Shown: positions 40,050 through 51,069, counted from the first letter of the whole stretch. The stretch: DNA of 63,335 nt, filler included, from Candidatus Zapsychrus exili (GCA_030765585.1; 7 parts of 7 records of this genome joined end to end with filler, not necessarily neighbours in it), one strand, 5' to 3'. The notes: a model not told the origin generated them from the sequence alone. Translations and numbers: made by a program.

Positions 40050-41684
40050 TTATGTATTTCCCCTACGATGTAACAATTCTTTTCTGATTCTAGACATTGC
40101 TTCGCGATAGCGAATAATGCCAACCAATTCTTTGGTATGTTTATCTTTTAAGACGGGGAGAAAATCAATTTCATTGCACTTAAATACTTCAATAGCTTCT
40201 TTTAAAGGCCTATCTATTGTAACATAAAAATTAGCTGGAACAGCTATGTCTCTAGGTAATATGAGAGAATCTAGCCCCATTTCTTTTTCCATTAAAACAG
40301 CTCTTAAATCTCCTACAGAAATGCTTCCAAGCAATTTGCCTTTATCATCTACCACACAAAAATCATCTAATTCACTTTTTTTAATTATATCAACCATCGT
40401 ATTAAGATGCATATCTTCTCTAATTATTGGGATATCTTCTTCAACTATATCCTTCACTTTAAAGGACTCAATAATATCTTCTTCTGTAACATCTCGTCCT
40501 ACCTCGCCTGCCTTAGATGCTGCGACTCTTACACAATAAGGGCCAATAAGCTGAAACAAAAATGTTGTTGCAACTGCAATATTGACTATTGTTAAACCAA
40601 TTTGGCCAGCCTCATCTGAAACATGGCTTAAATTATGGCTTATAGAGATTGCCATTCCAATTGCAACCCCTGCCTGAGAAAACAAACCAAAACCTAGGTA
40701 TTTTGTAACCTCTTTTTTTGCCCCTCCAATGATTCCACCTAAAAAAGACCCCCCTACTTTACCAAATGCTCTGGATAGCACATAAACAACTAGAATAAGC
40801 GCGCCTCCGGTTTTTAATATCATCTGAGCATCAAGTCTAGCACCGACAAGCGCAAAGAAAATAATAAAAATTGGTACACTAAACTTTTTTATACTTTCAA
40901 ATATATCTTTGCTTTCTTGCGAACCAATATTGGCAAGTGTAACACCAGAAATCATGGTAGCTAAGATAAGATCTATCTTTAAATAAGTAGCTACCCCAAC
41001 TATTACAGTTAAGATGCCCAAAGAATATGGTAATGTTCTTGTCTTGTTTTTAGCAAATCGCTTCAATGCATAAAAACAAGTCCCTCCGATGATTCCGACA
41101 AATCCGCTAAGCCCTAATTCATAAAAAACATGCGCTAAATGTCCAAAAGAAAAATGTCCCTGCGAAATAAGCATTTTCGCAAATATTACAGCAAAGGCAT
41201 AAATAACTAAAGCTAACATATCATCTAATGCAACAATTGCTAAAAGTGATGATGTCATTGGCCCTCTTGACTTGCTTTCCCAAAGAACATCTGATGTTGC
41301 GGCAGGATCTGTCGCTGTTGCAATAGCACCTAGCAATATTGCTAAATATAATTTGCCTGTAACTAAATATATGGCGAACGCAACAAAAAGAAAGGTTGAT
41401 ATACCCTGCGCAAAAAGAATCGAGTATATACTTTTACCGCGGCTTTTAAAAAGGTCTAATTTAAGTTCGGCTCCCAGCATAAAACCTATCATACCTAAAA
41501 CCAAATTAGTTAAAGGAGATAGCGTATCTATTAAATCAGGTGTCCAAAGTTTAAATCCTGATTGACCCAAAATAAGCCCAGCTACTATATACCCAGTAAC
41601 TTGAGGTATTTTAAATCTCTGAGTAAGCTTGCCACATAAGGTTCCAGTTAAAACTGTTAAACCTAACAAAAATAAAATATTCAT
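40050..41684 (-). CDS. Cation:proton antiporter with C-terminal CBS pair
   Basis: IPQVTGYIVAGLILG, ATDPAAT, VALDD, QAGVAIG; CBS domains. Confidence 0.9.
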   Translation of the reverse strand: MNILFLLGLTVLTGTLCGKLTQRFKIPQVTGYIVAGLILGQSGFKLWTPDLIDTLSPLTNLVLGMIGFMLGAELKLDLFKSRGKSIYSILFAQGISTFLFVAFAIYLVTGKLYLAILLGAIATATDPAATSDVLWESKSRGPMTSSLLAIVALDDMLALVIYAFAVIFAKMLISQGHFSFGHLAHVFYELGLSGFVGIIGGTCFYALKRFAKNKTRTLPYSLGILTVIVGVATYLKIDLILATMISGVTLANIGSQESKDIFESIKKFSVPIFIIFFALVGARLDAQMILKTGGALILVVYVLSRAFGKVGGSFLGGIIGGAKKEVTKYLGFGLFSQAGVAIGMAISISHNLSHVSDEAGQIGLTIVNIAVATTFLFQLIGPYCVRVAASKAGEVGRDVTEEDIIESFKVKDIVEEDIPIIREDMHLNTMVDIIKKSELDDFCVVDDKGKLLGSISVGDLRAVLMEKEMGLDSLILPRDIAVPANFYVTIDRPLKEAIEVFKCNEIDFLPVLKDKHTKELVGIIRYREAMSRIRKELLHRRGNT

Positions 41685-41702
41685 AACTTTAACTCTTTCA
41701 AA

Positions 41703-41748
41703 AAACAGTTAAGGACACATCCTAAATCGTCTGTGTCCCTAACTGTTT
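41703..41748. terminator. Intergenic hairpin
   Basis: AAACAGTTAAGGACAC...GTGTCCCTAACTGTTT. Confidence 0.55.
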
Positions 41749-41772
41749 AAATATATTTTTTAAACTATATTT

Positions 41773-42237
41773 CTATGCGCCTACTTTGATCAATTCCTCT
41801 GCTAGAAGCCAATCAAACGTCTCGTCTGCTGCTTCTTTTGCTCTTAACTCAAAAAGCTCTCCTGCTTTTTGCTTAATCAAGTTTGCACTTGCCAAAACTC
41901 TTTTCTTTGGCTTTTTAATTTCCGCATTAACAAGCTTTTCTGCAATAGCCCAGTCGAAGAGATCATCGCCATGTCTAAAACCTCTTTTTTCAAATACTTG
42001 ATAAGCTTTCTCTTGAATCTTTACTGTCAAATCTACAGAATCCAATAAAACTTTATTAGATGCTTTCTTCACAGCAGTTGTTGTTTTCTTTGCAGTAATA
42101 ATTGCTTTTTTCGCAGTAGTTGCTATTCTTTTTGCAACAGCTTTTTTAGGAGCCATTGCAGTCTTTATATACGATTTAGCTGCTACTAATTTTCTTTTTT
42201 TTACACCTGTAGTAGTTTTCTTAGTCGTTGAAGCCAT
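41773..42237 (-). CDS. Lys/Ala/Thr-rich N-terminus plus two DUF2934-like domains
   Basis: IQEKAYQVFEKRG..DW..AE and IKQKAGELFELR..DW..AE. Confidence 0.8.
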   Translation of the reverse strand: MASTTKKTTTGVKKRKLVAAKSYIKTAMAPKKAVAKRIATTAKKAIITAKKTTTAVKKASNKVLLDSVDLTVKIQEKAYQVFEKRGFRHGDDLFDWAIAEKLVNAEIKKPKKRVLASANLIKQKAGELFELRAKEAADETFDWLLAEELIKVGA

Positions 42238-42341
42238 TTTAAACTCTCCCTAAATTGAAAAATATTATTATGTTTATTTTATACTATTAAAATACAGATA
42301 AATGTTAACATTTATCTTAAGAAAATCAAGAAAATTATACC

Positions 42342-43841
42342 TTAACCTCTATTATACTGGCGTGTTAAATTCTGAAATTTTTTAACAGTAGTTGACTTTA
42401 ATTGGTCAAAAGAAAATCTCCAAGACCAATTTCCCTTTATCGTTGATGGCTTATTCATTCTTGCCTCTACTCCAAATCCTAAAATATCCTGCAGAGGAAA
42501 TATCGCAACATTTGATATAGACTTCATACCCATCTCAATAAATGCCCAATTTACATTCTCTTTTGTTACAGTTTTACCCACAATTCTAAATAGTTGCGCC
42601 CTGGATGTTTTTTTAGATTCTTTTTCAAACCAACCTCTAACAGTATTATTATCATGCGTTCCTGTATAAATTATATTATTCTTTAAATGATTATGAAGAG
42701 CGTTTCTATTCTTTTTATAAATACCTTTAAAAGCAAAAATAAGCAAACGCATCCCAGGAAAGCCAAAATAATCCATTAAATCCCGCACATCTTGAGTTAT
42801 CACGCCTAAGTCTTCTGCTATGACCGGAAAATCCCCAAAATACTTGACCATATGTTCAAAAAAATCTTTACTAGGGCCTTTAGCCCATTTGCCATACATA
42901 GCTGTTTTTGCTCGTCTAGGAACCTGCCAATAATCTTGATATCCTCTGAAATGATCAAGTCGCACCTGATCATATTCTTCAAAGCTTTTCTTTAAACGCT
43001 CCTTCCACCAACCATAACCTTGTCTTTTTAAAGCCTTCCAATCATAAACAGGATTACCCCACAATTGTCCTGTTTTACTAAAATAATCTGGCGGAACGCC
43101 CGAAACAAAAAGAGGTTTTTTATTTTTATCAAGCTGGAATACTTTTGAATGCGCCCAAACATCAACACTATTAAAAGTCACATATATCGGAATATCACCT
43201 ATGATTTTTATTTTTCTATCATTGCAATATTTCTTAAGTGCTATCCATTGTTTGAAAAACAAATACTGATAAATGTTTTCTATCAATATCTCATCACAAA
43301 GTTCTATATTTAATTTCTTAAGTTCCTTTTGATCTCTATCTCTTATTTTCTTAGGCCATTTATCCCATTCGGCATTATTGAAATGTTTTTTAGAAACCAT
43401 AAACAAAGCATAATCATTTAACCAATATTTATTATTCTTACAAAAACTTTTAAAATCTTTGCTTAAACGTATTTCTTCGCTATGTTTTTGACAAACCTTA
43501 TAAAGAACGCTATATTTAAAATCTGATACTCTTCTATACTCAACTTTGTCTTTAGAGAACTCTTTAAATCTTGGTATATCACTTTTTTTAAGTAACCCTT
43601 CTTTGATAAGAATATCAAAGCTTACCAACAGTGGATTACCCGCAAAAGCAGCACTACTGCTATAAGGGGAGTTACTTAATCCTGGTTCCGTCGGATTAAG
43701 AGGAAGTATTTGCCAAAATCTTTGTTTTGTCGCAACCAAGAAATCTACAAACTTATACGCTACAGATCCTAAATCACCAATACCATAAATAGATGGCAAG
43801 GATGTTACATGAAGAAGTACTCCGCTGCTTCGTTTTTTCAT
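42342..43841 (-). CDS. malQ: 4-alpha-glucanotransferase (GH77)
   Basis: GVLLHVTSLP, GVPPDYFS.TGQLWGNP, RLDHFRG, AEDLG, YTGTHDN. Confidence 0.96.
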   Translation of the reverse strand: MKKRSSGVLLHVTSLPSIYGIGDLGSVAYKFVDFLVATKQRFWQILPLNPTEPGLSNSPYSSSAAFAGNPLLVSFDILIKEGLLKKSDIPRFKEFSKDKVEYRRVSDFKYSVLYKVCQKHSEEIRLSKDFKSFCKNNKYWLNDYALFMVSKKHFNNAEWDKWPKKIRDRDQKELKKLNIELCDEILIENIYQYLFFKQWIALKKYCNDRKIKIIGDIPIYVTFNSVDVWAHSKVFQLDKNKKPLFVSGVPPDYFSKTGQLWGNPVYDWKALKRQGYGWWKERLKKSFEEYDQVRLDHFRGYQDYWQVPRRAKTAMYGKWAKGPSKDFFEHMVKYFGDFPVIAEDLGVITQDVRDLMDYFGFPGMRLLIFAFKGIYKKNRNALHNHLKNNIIYTGTHDNNTVRGWFEKESKKTSRAQLFRIVGKTVTKENVNWAFIEMGMKSISNVAIFPLQDILGFGVEARMNKPSTIKGNWSWRFSFDQLKSTTVKKFQNLTRQYNRG

Positions 43842-46264
43842 GGAGTTTTTACCTTTAAGTGGTTTCCAAGAAGATCAAAATGTTTTACCCATTCTTCTGC
43901 TTTTTTATCACCTGAATCTGCTTTAATTTTTATTTTAGCATACTGTTTGCTAGCTATTGAAAAGTAAGTATTCTGGGCTTTCCAAAGATCAGGTTTTAAA
44001 TCAAGAGGCTCAAGTACTTTAAGCAATGCTGCTGCTGTCTCTATTATCTTCAATGACTCTGGCTTGGTAACCAAGCCCTCTACAAGCCTATTTATCTTTT
44101 TTAAAACAATAAAACCTATTGTGGTTTTATCAAGCTCTAAAGACCACTCTTTTGCCTCTAAAACCAACTGCTCTAGTTTTTCAAAATTAATAATATCTCG
44201 ACCTATAGTTTGAAGAAGGTCAGCATTTAACATAACAACTATCGTGTTAGATAACACCTTAGGCAATGGTATGTGTAGCTGCTTGATAACCTGAATAATG
44301 GGAGAATGATACTCGTTTATTTTTCTTAAACTGCTTTCTACTTCTTCTAAAGTTGACGAAAGTATCTTGTAAAGAATTGTACTTTGCTCGTCCTTAAAAA
44401 GATGCCATAAAGAATAGTGTCCCGTATCAAAACTCTTTTCAATCAATTGCATCGTCTTTGTAATATCTCTTTTATTAAACGCATCATAAATCGCACGACG
44501 CTTATTTTCAAACTCATTATCGTCTGTATGAAAGCTCACACCCGCGCTTATATTATGATCGCCTAAATGAAGGGCCGTAAAATTAATAACGTCCTCGTTC
44601 CATGTAACGTCTGAGCGTATTTTTGTAATACCTGAAACAATTTTATGTTTTCCTGATTCCTGCGTATCAAACGAATCACGATTTATCGTGTAACAAAAAA
44701 CATTAGTTTGGTCTTCATAGTCTTGAAATAAAGAAGATATTGCATAATGAACTCCAACCCTTAAAAGATCCGTCATGGCAGGCTTAACACATTTTTCATA
44801 AACAATAGCACCATTTAAATACTCAGGATGATTACCAGGAACTTTTTGCAACATTTTTACAAACTTCTCTTCTAAATCAATACCCGAAACCTCTTTAGTA
44901 AGCTGAATTACGCGTGCAGCATATTGAATAATTTGTACCGTCTCTATTCCTGATACATCGTCAAAAAACCATCCACAACTAGTATACATAAACATTGCAT
45001 GTCTTTGTGCCTCAAGAAGGCTTAAAACTTTTATCTTATTTTCCTTAGAAAGATCTTTTGCAACTCTATTTTCCAAGAAATATTCTACATTCTCAACCGA
45101 CCTATTTAAAATAACCTCAATATACTCATTTCTAAGCTTCCACGGATTATCAATAATACCTTTAAGCTCTTTCTCAAAAATAAAAGAAGCCTCATTTCTT
45201 AAAACATCTAAAGAAGCTCTTAGTGGTTCACGCCACTTTTGATGCCAGTCACCTTTACCTCCAGAATTACAACCACAGTCTGAACGCCATCTTTCTATGC
45301 CGTGACAACAGCTCCAAGATGAATTTTCTACTATTTCAACTTCATGCGTAGGAGGAAATTTTTCTAAAAACTCTCCATATACAGTTATCTTTGCTAGATT
45401 ATTTTCTTCAATATGAAAATAACAATATGTAAGCGCCATATCACCATGATGCTGATGATGTCCGTATGTTTCACCGTCAGTTGCTATATGTGCAAGTCTA
45501 GGTTCGTCGTCTTCTAAAGGAAAAACCCCAGCAAGCCTTTTAGCAAGATTGATTCCATTCTTAAGCAAATCTCCAAATGCTATTTCCTGCGATATTGGTC
45601 CGTCATAGAAAAATATATTTATCTCAGCTCCAGAAGGCAGTTTGCAAAGATAAGGCTTTAATGGATTGATTTTAGCTCCCTGAACATCGTCCCATATTTT
45701 CTCACCTTTTTTTCTAACACACTTTGCTTGATGAGGAGCTAATATAACAAATTTAATTTCATGTTTTACTAGCACTTCTAAGGTCTTGTTGTCAACCGCT
45801 GTTTCTGCAAGCCACATTCCTTCAGGCTTTCTTCTGAAACGATGTTCAAAATCTCGAATTCCCCAAAGTACTTGCGTCTCTTTGTCCTTCTCGTTTGCAA
45901 GCGGCATTATCATATGATTATAAACTTGTGCAATTGCTGAGCCATGACCTGAAAAGTTTTGCTGACTCATTTCGTCCGCCTTTAAAATACTCTTATAAAC
46001 TTCTGGCTCGCGACGCTCTAGCCACGAAAGAAGAGTCGGCCCAAAATTAAAACTCATTTTAGAATAATTATTTATAATGTCTTCTATTTCTAATTCTGGA
46101 TTAAGAATTCTACTTGCTGTGTTCGGAGCATAGCACTCGTCGGTAATTCTTTCGTTCCAATCGTGGTAAGGGTAGGCAGAGTCCTGAAGCTCAACTTCTT
46201 CAAGCCAAGGATTCTCTCTCGGAGGTTGATAAAAATGGCTGTGTATGCAAATGTATCTATTCAT
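43838..46264 (-). CDS. GH57-family / DUF3536 glycoside hydrolase
   Basis: HFYQPPRENPW, WLAETA, ATDGETYGHH, TSCGWFFD; likely start 46264 (track 46327). Confidence 0.9.
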   Translation of the reverse strand: MNRYICIHSHFYQPPRENPWLEEVELQDSAYPYHDWNERITDECYAPNTASRILNPELEIEDIINNYSKMSFNFGPTLLSWLERREPEVYKSILKADEMSQQNFSGHGSAIAQVYNHMIMPLANEKDKETQVLWGIRDFEHRFRRKPEGMWLAETAVDNKTLEVLVKHEIKFVILAPHQAKCVRKKGEKIWDDVQGAKINPLKPYLCKLPSGAEINIFFYDGPISQEIAFGDLLKNGINLAKRLAGVFPLEDDEPRLAHIATDGETYGHHQHHGDMALTYCYFHIEENNLAKITVYGEFLEKFPPTHEVEIVENSSWSCCHGIERWRSDCGCNSGGKGDWHQKWREPLRASLDVLRNEASFIFEKELKGIIDNPWKLRNEYIEVILNRSVENVEYFLENRVAKDLSKENKIKVLSLLEAQRHAMFMYTSCGWFFDDVSGIETVQIIQYAARVIQLTKEVSGIDLEEKFVKMLQKVPGNHPEYLNGAIVYEKCVKPAMTDLLRVGVHYAISSLFQDYEDQTNVFCYTINRDSFDTQESGKHKIVSGITKIRSDVTWNEDVINFTALHLGDHNISAGVSFHTDDNEFENKRRAIYDAFNKRDITKTMQLIEKSFDTGHYSLWHLFKDEQSTILYKILSSTLEEVESSLRKINEYHSPIIQVIKQLHIPLPKVLSNTIVVMLNADLLQTIGRDIINFEKLEQLVLEAKEWSLELDKTTIGFIVLKKINRLVEGLVTKPESLKIIETAAALLKVLEPLDLKPDLWKAQNTYFSIASKQYAKIKIKADSGDKKAEEWVKHFDLLGNHLKVKTP

Positions 46265-46372
46265 TGGATGCCGAGCCTTATCTAAGTTGTTATTGTGCGC
46301 TTTCATTGCGCGTCCCGTATTGTGCATTAATTCAAGAACACAAATTACACTTTGTATCTTCTGATCAAATAA

Positions 46373-48412
46373 CTACTCTTCGTTTTCGTTCTTTAAGAAA
46401 ATAATTCCCAAAGGTGGCAATGTTATCGACGCTGAATAATACTTTCCGTGATACGGGATTGGCCCTGCTTCAACTTCTCCGAAATTTCCAACTCCACCTC
46501 CACCGTACACTTCTGCGTCGCTATTTAACATTTCTTTCCAAACTCCACCAAATGGCAAACCTACTCTGTAATTATGTCTTGGCACTGGCGTAAAGTTACA
46601 AGCAACGACAATATTTTCTTTTGTCTTGCCGTTCTTTCTCATAAAAATCATAACGCTATTCTGCCAATCGCAACAATCAATCCACTCAAAACCATTTTGA
46701 CTAAAGTCATCATGATATAGCGCCGGATGAGCTTTATAGAGCTCATTTAAATCTTTGACCCATTTATGAAGATTTTGATGACGATCGTGATCTAATAGAT
46801 GCCAATCAATGCTACTTTCATGATTCCATTCTGACCATTGTCCAAACTCTGTTCCCATAAAGTTAAGCTTTTTACCAGGATGTCCGTACATATATCCAAA
46901 CAAAAGTCTCATATTTGCAAACTTTTGCCAATCGTCCCCTGGCATCTTACTAAGTAAGGAACATTTTCCATGCACAACCTCGTCGTGCGAAATAGCCAAC
47001 ATAAAATTTTCATGAAATGCATAAAGCAAACTAAATGTTAAATCGTTTTGATGATACTTGCGATATATTGGATCTTTTGCAAAATATTTTAAAGTATCAT
47101 GCATCCATCCCATATTCCATTTCATACCAAAGCCAAGCCCACCTAAATATGTAGGACGAGAAACTTGTGGCCATGAAGTAGACTCCTCAGCAATTGTCTG
47201 AGTATCAGGATAGTTTTCATAAACCGCCTCATTAAACCTTCTTAAAAAATGAACCGCTTCTATATTCTCGCGTCCACCATATTGATTTGGAACCCACTCC
47301 CCTTCATTTCTGGAATAATCCAAATAAAGCATAGATGCAACACCGTCAACGCGAAGACCATCAATATGATATTTATCAAGCCAAAATAATGCACTACTTA
47401 TCAGGAAGCTTATAACCTCATGTCTACCATAATTAAATATGCTACTTTTCCAATCAGGATGATAACCTTGCTTTTCGTCAGAATGTTCATAAAGACATGT
47501 TCCGTCAAAGCAATTTAGACCATGACCATCATTCGGAAAATGAGATGGTACCCAATCAAGAATAACTCCGATATCAGCCTGATGAAGCTTGTCTATTAAA
47601 TACATGAGCTCTTCTGGATTGCCATAAAGACTTGCTGGCGAAAAATATCCGTCTAATTGATATCCCCAAGATCCTGAAAATGGATGAGACATAACAGGCA
47701 TAAACTCGACATGCGTATATCCCATATGAGTTACATACTCAACAAGCGTATCTGCTGTTTCTTTATATGTCAGAGCTCTACAACCGTCTTCAACTCCTCT
47801 TTTCCAAGAACCTAAATGCATTTCATAAACAGACATTGGTTTATCCAAAGCATTATGCTCACGACGCTTTTGCATCCACTCTTGATCTCCCCACTTATGT
47901 TGCAAATTCCACACAATAGAAGCTGTACGAGGCGGAACCTCTGCATGAAAACCAAATGGATCTTTTTTCTCTAATCTTTGATGATTATCTCGTGTAATAA
48001 TTGAATATTTATAAAGCGCGCCATGGCCTATACCAGGAACAAAACCTTCCCATATGCCCGAACTATCCCAACGAGAATGAAGCATATTTGAATCCGCATT
48101 CCAATAGTTGAAATCTCCGATAACAGATACCGACTCCGCGTTTGGAGCCCAAACAGCGAAATGAGTTCCCTTGATTCCATCTACCGTAGTAACATGCGCG
48201 CCCATCTTTTCATAAAGCTTAAAATGGCTTCCCTCTTTAAAAAGAAAAATATCATGATCACTTAAAAAACGATGCTTGTGATCAAAATAATACTCATTCT
48301 CCTCTGTTAAATCAAAGGAATGCTCTCTTTTAAAAGCAGTTAAATCTTGTTCTGTAACTCTTTTCTTAGGAGCTGTTTTAAGAAACCGCTCTGTCATTTT
48401 CTTGTTTATCAT
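46373..48412 (-). CDS. glgB: 1,4-alpha-glucan branching enzyme
   Basis: FAVWAPNA, YEMHLGSW, GLRVDGVASMLY, AEEST, SHDEVVHGK. Confidence 0.97.
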   Translation of the reverse strand: MINKKMTERFLKTAPKKRVTEQDLTAFKREHSFDLTEENEYYFDHKHRFLSDHDIFLFKEGSHFKLYEKMGAHVTTVDGIKGTHFAVWAPNAESVSVIGDFNYWNADSNMLHSRWDSSGIWEGFVPGIGHGALYKYSIITRDNHQRLEKKDPFGFHAEVPPRTASIVWNLQHKWGDQEWMQKRREHNALDKPMSVYEMHLGSWKRGVEDGCRALTYKETADTLVEYVTHMGYTHVEFMPVMSHPFSGSWGYQLDGYFSPASLYGNPEELMYLIDKLHQADIGVILDWVPSHFPNDGHGLNCFDGTCLYEHSDEKQGYHPDWKSSIFNYGRHEVISFLISSALFWLDKYHIDGLRVDGVASMLYLDYSRNEGEWVPNQYGGRENIEAVHFLRRFNEAVYENYPDTQTIAEESTSWPQVSRPTYLGGLGFGMKWNMGWMHDTLKYFAKDPIYRKYHQNDLTFSLLYAFHENFMLAISHDEVVHGKCSLLSKMPGDDWQKFANMRLLFGYMYGHPGKKLNFMGTEFGQWSEWNHESSIDWHLLDHDRHQNLHKWVKDLNELYKAHPALYHDDFSQNGFEWIDCCDWQNSVMIFMRKNGKTKENIVVACNFTPVPRHNYRVGLPFGGVWKEMLNSDAEVYGGGGVGNFGEVEAGPIPYHGKYYSASITLPPLGIIFLKNENEE

Positions 48413-48419
48413 CTTTACT

Positions 48420-48464
48420 TGTTCCTTTTGCTTTTTAACTTTTACCTTTTAATTTTACCTTTTT
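48420..48464. repeat. Heptamer repeat tract
   Basis: CTTTTGC TTTTTAA CTTTTAC CTTTTAA TTTTACC. Confidence 0.55.
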
Positions 48465-50412
48465 ATTTTGATGCACCTATCTTAAAAATATGTGCTGGCA
48501 CAACAAACGGATTAAGCTCTATATAATTATGTTGGCCATACCAATAAAATTTATCCTTAGTTATCAAATCTTGCACTTCATAGCAACTATCTTTAGGCAA
48601 TTCGATTTTATTTAATGGGATAGATACCCAGGCCGAGTGAGTATGATAAGGATCCAAATTAACCGCGACAACAACAATGTTCTTAAGATCATCAGTCTTC
48701 TTTAAGAAACATAAAATGTTCTCATTACTCGTCGTGCACATTGTTATATTATTCGTATACTGAAACGCTGCATTTTCTTTTCGTATTTTATTAATAAGTT
48801 TAATAAAATCTTTTAAATTGCCTTCCTTGTTCCAATCCCATGCCTTTATCTCGTATTTCTCAGAGTCAACATATTCTTCCTTGTCCGGCATTGGCTCAGA
48901 AGCGCAAAGCTCGAAAGCTGGTCCATAAATTCCATAATTGGAAGATAACGTCGCCGCTAACACAAGCCTCATAATAAAAGCCTGGCGTCCACCATGCGCT
49001 AATGGACTTGTTAGAATATCAGGAGTATTTGGCCAGAAATTTGGTCTATAGAATTCTCTCGCTTCTGTTCTTGTAAGCTCTTTCATATACGTCATAAAAT
49101 CATGTTTATTTTCTCTCCATGTAAAATATGTATAAGATTGATTAAACCCTATTTTAGCCAAACGATACATCATAGTAGGATGCGTAAACGCCTCTGCTAA
49201 AAATAGAACTTCAAGATATTCTGCTCTTATGTCTTTTATTAACCATTCCCAAAATTCAAGCGGCTTAGTGTGAGGATTATCAACCCTGAATATATTAATC
49301 CCCTGTTCTATCCAGTACACAACAACACTTTTTAATTCTTCACGCAAATTAAGATAGTCAGGAGTTTCAAAATTTATAGGATATATATCTTCATATTTCT
49401 TAGGAGGATTTTCTGCATATCTAATTTCCTTCTCAGCATCATACTTAAACCAATCAGGATGCTCTTTAACGTACGGATGATCAGGAGAACATTGAAGCGC
49501 CAAATCAAGCGCCACTTCAATGCCCAACTTATTTGCTTTTTTTACAAAAACTTGAAAATCTTTTAATGTTCCTAAACGAGAGTCAATTGCTTTATGACCA
49601 CCTTCCTCGCTTCCAATAGCCCAGGGACTACCCGGATCAGAATCAGCTGCCACAACAGCATTATTTTTACCTTTTCTATTTATTTTTCCTATTGGATGAA
49701 TCGGCGGTAAATATACAACATCAAACCCCATTTTAGCTATTTCAGGAAGGATTCTTTGACAATCATAAAAAGTACCATACTCGCCTGGTCGCTTGCCCCA
49801 TGATCTTGGAAAGAATTCATACCACGAACTAAAAAGTGCTTTATTTCTATCAACTTTCACCTCAAGCTCTTTATCATAAAGCGTAAGCATTTTTTTATTA
49901 GGATATTTTTTTACTATGTCAGTCAACTCATCGCTTAATGCAATTTTCACACATTCTTCAATATTTTTATGCGCCCTTAGCTTACTTGCCCACTTGGCAA
50001 GTTTATCATCAAGCTCAACTTTACCTGTTTTAATAGTTTCATCAAGAAGATTTGCCCCATCCTTTAAATCAGTTCTTATATTTTTATCAGCATCAAATTT
50101 CTTCAATATTTTGTCTTTCCAAGCGCTAAAGTCATCAAGCCAAGCCTCAACGGTATATATATAGTCTTCTTCTTTTTCTATTAAAAAATTAGCTTGCCAA
50201 TAGTGACCAGAATGTGGTTCCATATATATTTCAGTAAATTCCTTTTTACTACGACATTTGTACATAAGCTTAACAGCGATTTCATCTTGGCCATCAACAA
50301 ATGCATGCACTCTTACTATAACTCGTTCTCCCACAACACGTTTTATAGGAAAAAGTCCACAGTCTATTTGAGGTTTTATGTGTTCAATTATGATTCTAGA
50401 TTTTAATGCCAT
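48463..50412 (-). CDS. glgE: Alpha-1,4-glucan:maltose-1-phosphate maltosyltransferase
   Basis: WYEFFPRS, LPPIHPIG, AENPPKKYEDI, FRVDNPHTKP, PNTPDIL. Confidence 0.96.
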   Translation of the reverse strand: MALKSRIIIEHIKPQIDCGLFPIKRVVGERVIVRVHAFVDGQDEIAVKLMYKCRSKKEFTEIYMEPHSGHYWQANFLIEKEEDYIYTVEAWLDDFSAWKDKILKKFDADKNIRTDLKDGANLLDETIKTGKVELDDKLAKWASKLRAHKNIEECVKIALSDELTDIVKKYPNKKMLTLYDKELEVKVDRNKALFSSWYEFFPRSWGKRPGEYGTFYDCQRILPEIAKMGFDVVYLPPIHPIGKINRKGKNNAVVAADSDPGSPWAIGSEEGGHKAIDSRLGTLKDFQVFVKKANKLGIEVALDLALQCSPDHPYVKEHPDWFKYDAEKEIRYAENPPKKYEDIYPINFETPDYLNLREELKSVVVYWIEQGINIFRVDNPHTKPLEFWEWLIKDIRAEYLEVLFLAEAFTHPTMMYRLAKIGFNQSYTYFTWRENKHDFMTYMKELTRTEAREFYRPNFWPNTPDILTSPLAHGGRQAFIMRLVLAATLSSNYGIYGPAFELCASEPMPDKEEYVDSEKYEIKAWDWNKEGNLKDFIKLINKIRKENAAFQYTNNITMCTTSNENILCFLKKTDDLKNIVVVAVNLDPYHTHSAWVSIPLNKIELPKDSCYEVQDLITKDKFYWYGQHNYIELNPFVVPAHIFKIGASK

Positions 50413-50786
50413 GGATGAATACCTAACTTATGGAGCCGAGTTTTTTAGGCGAACATCAAGTTAGCCTGTATGAATTTACATCTGCGAAGCTGCGGCCCAG
50501 CAAAGAAACAGATGTACCTCTGTTTCTTTATATAAGTATTATTATAATTAAATTATATAAGATACAGTTTCTTTGATTAATATTAGTATATTAATACTAA
50601 TTGTGACCTTTATTAATATAATAAATAGCGAAAAAAAGCAACAACTTTTTTCGTAAGACGAATAAAAGCAATAAGTTAGGGTTTAGAGTGAAAAGTGTGG
50701 TGGGATATAGACTTAAGGATTAAGAAACGGCAACCGCTTCATATTGTCCCTGTGTGACAAGGTTAAGTGCTTGGCGCTTACCCACA

Positions 50787-51014
50787 CTAATAATTAAACA
50801 AATCCTTCTGTATATATTTATCTTCTTTGATAACAGCGTTTAAAGCGCGGGTGACTTTACCCTTAATATTATATGTAATACGTCGACCCTTACGTGCCTT
50901 TTGTACTTGCTTGTGTGTTAGCTGCTCGGTTGATGCCTCAACCAAATCGTCATTCTTAAGTTCGAGTTTGATTAAAATTTCATCAAGTGGTTGAGTATCA
51001 AAATTGTTTTGCAT
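50787..51014 (-). CDS. Small basic hypothetical protein (possible HTH-like)
   Basis: 75-aa ORF with QLTHKQVQKARKGRRIT; RBS AAGG. Confidence 0.65.
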   Translation of the reverse strand: MQNNFDTQPLDEILIKLELKNDDLVEASTEQLTHKQVQKARKGRRITYNIKGKVTRALNAVIKEDKYIQKDLFNY

Positions 51015-51069
51015 AAATTACCTTTGATAAAATTTCAGGTGTTCAATTAAAGATCAGACTTAAAAATTC

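Noticed and set aside
50694..50788. c-di-GMP or THF riboswitch call
   Set aside because: Only short superficial matches; core conserved motifs not found
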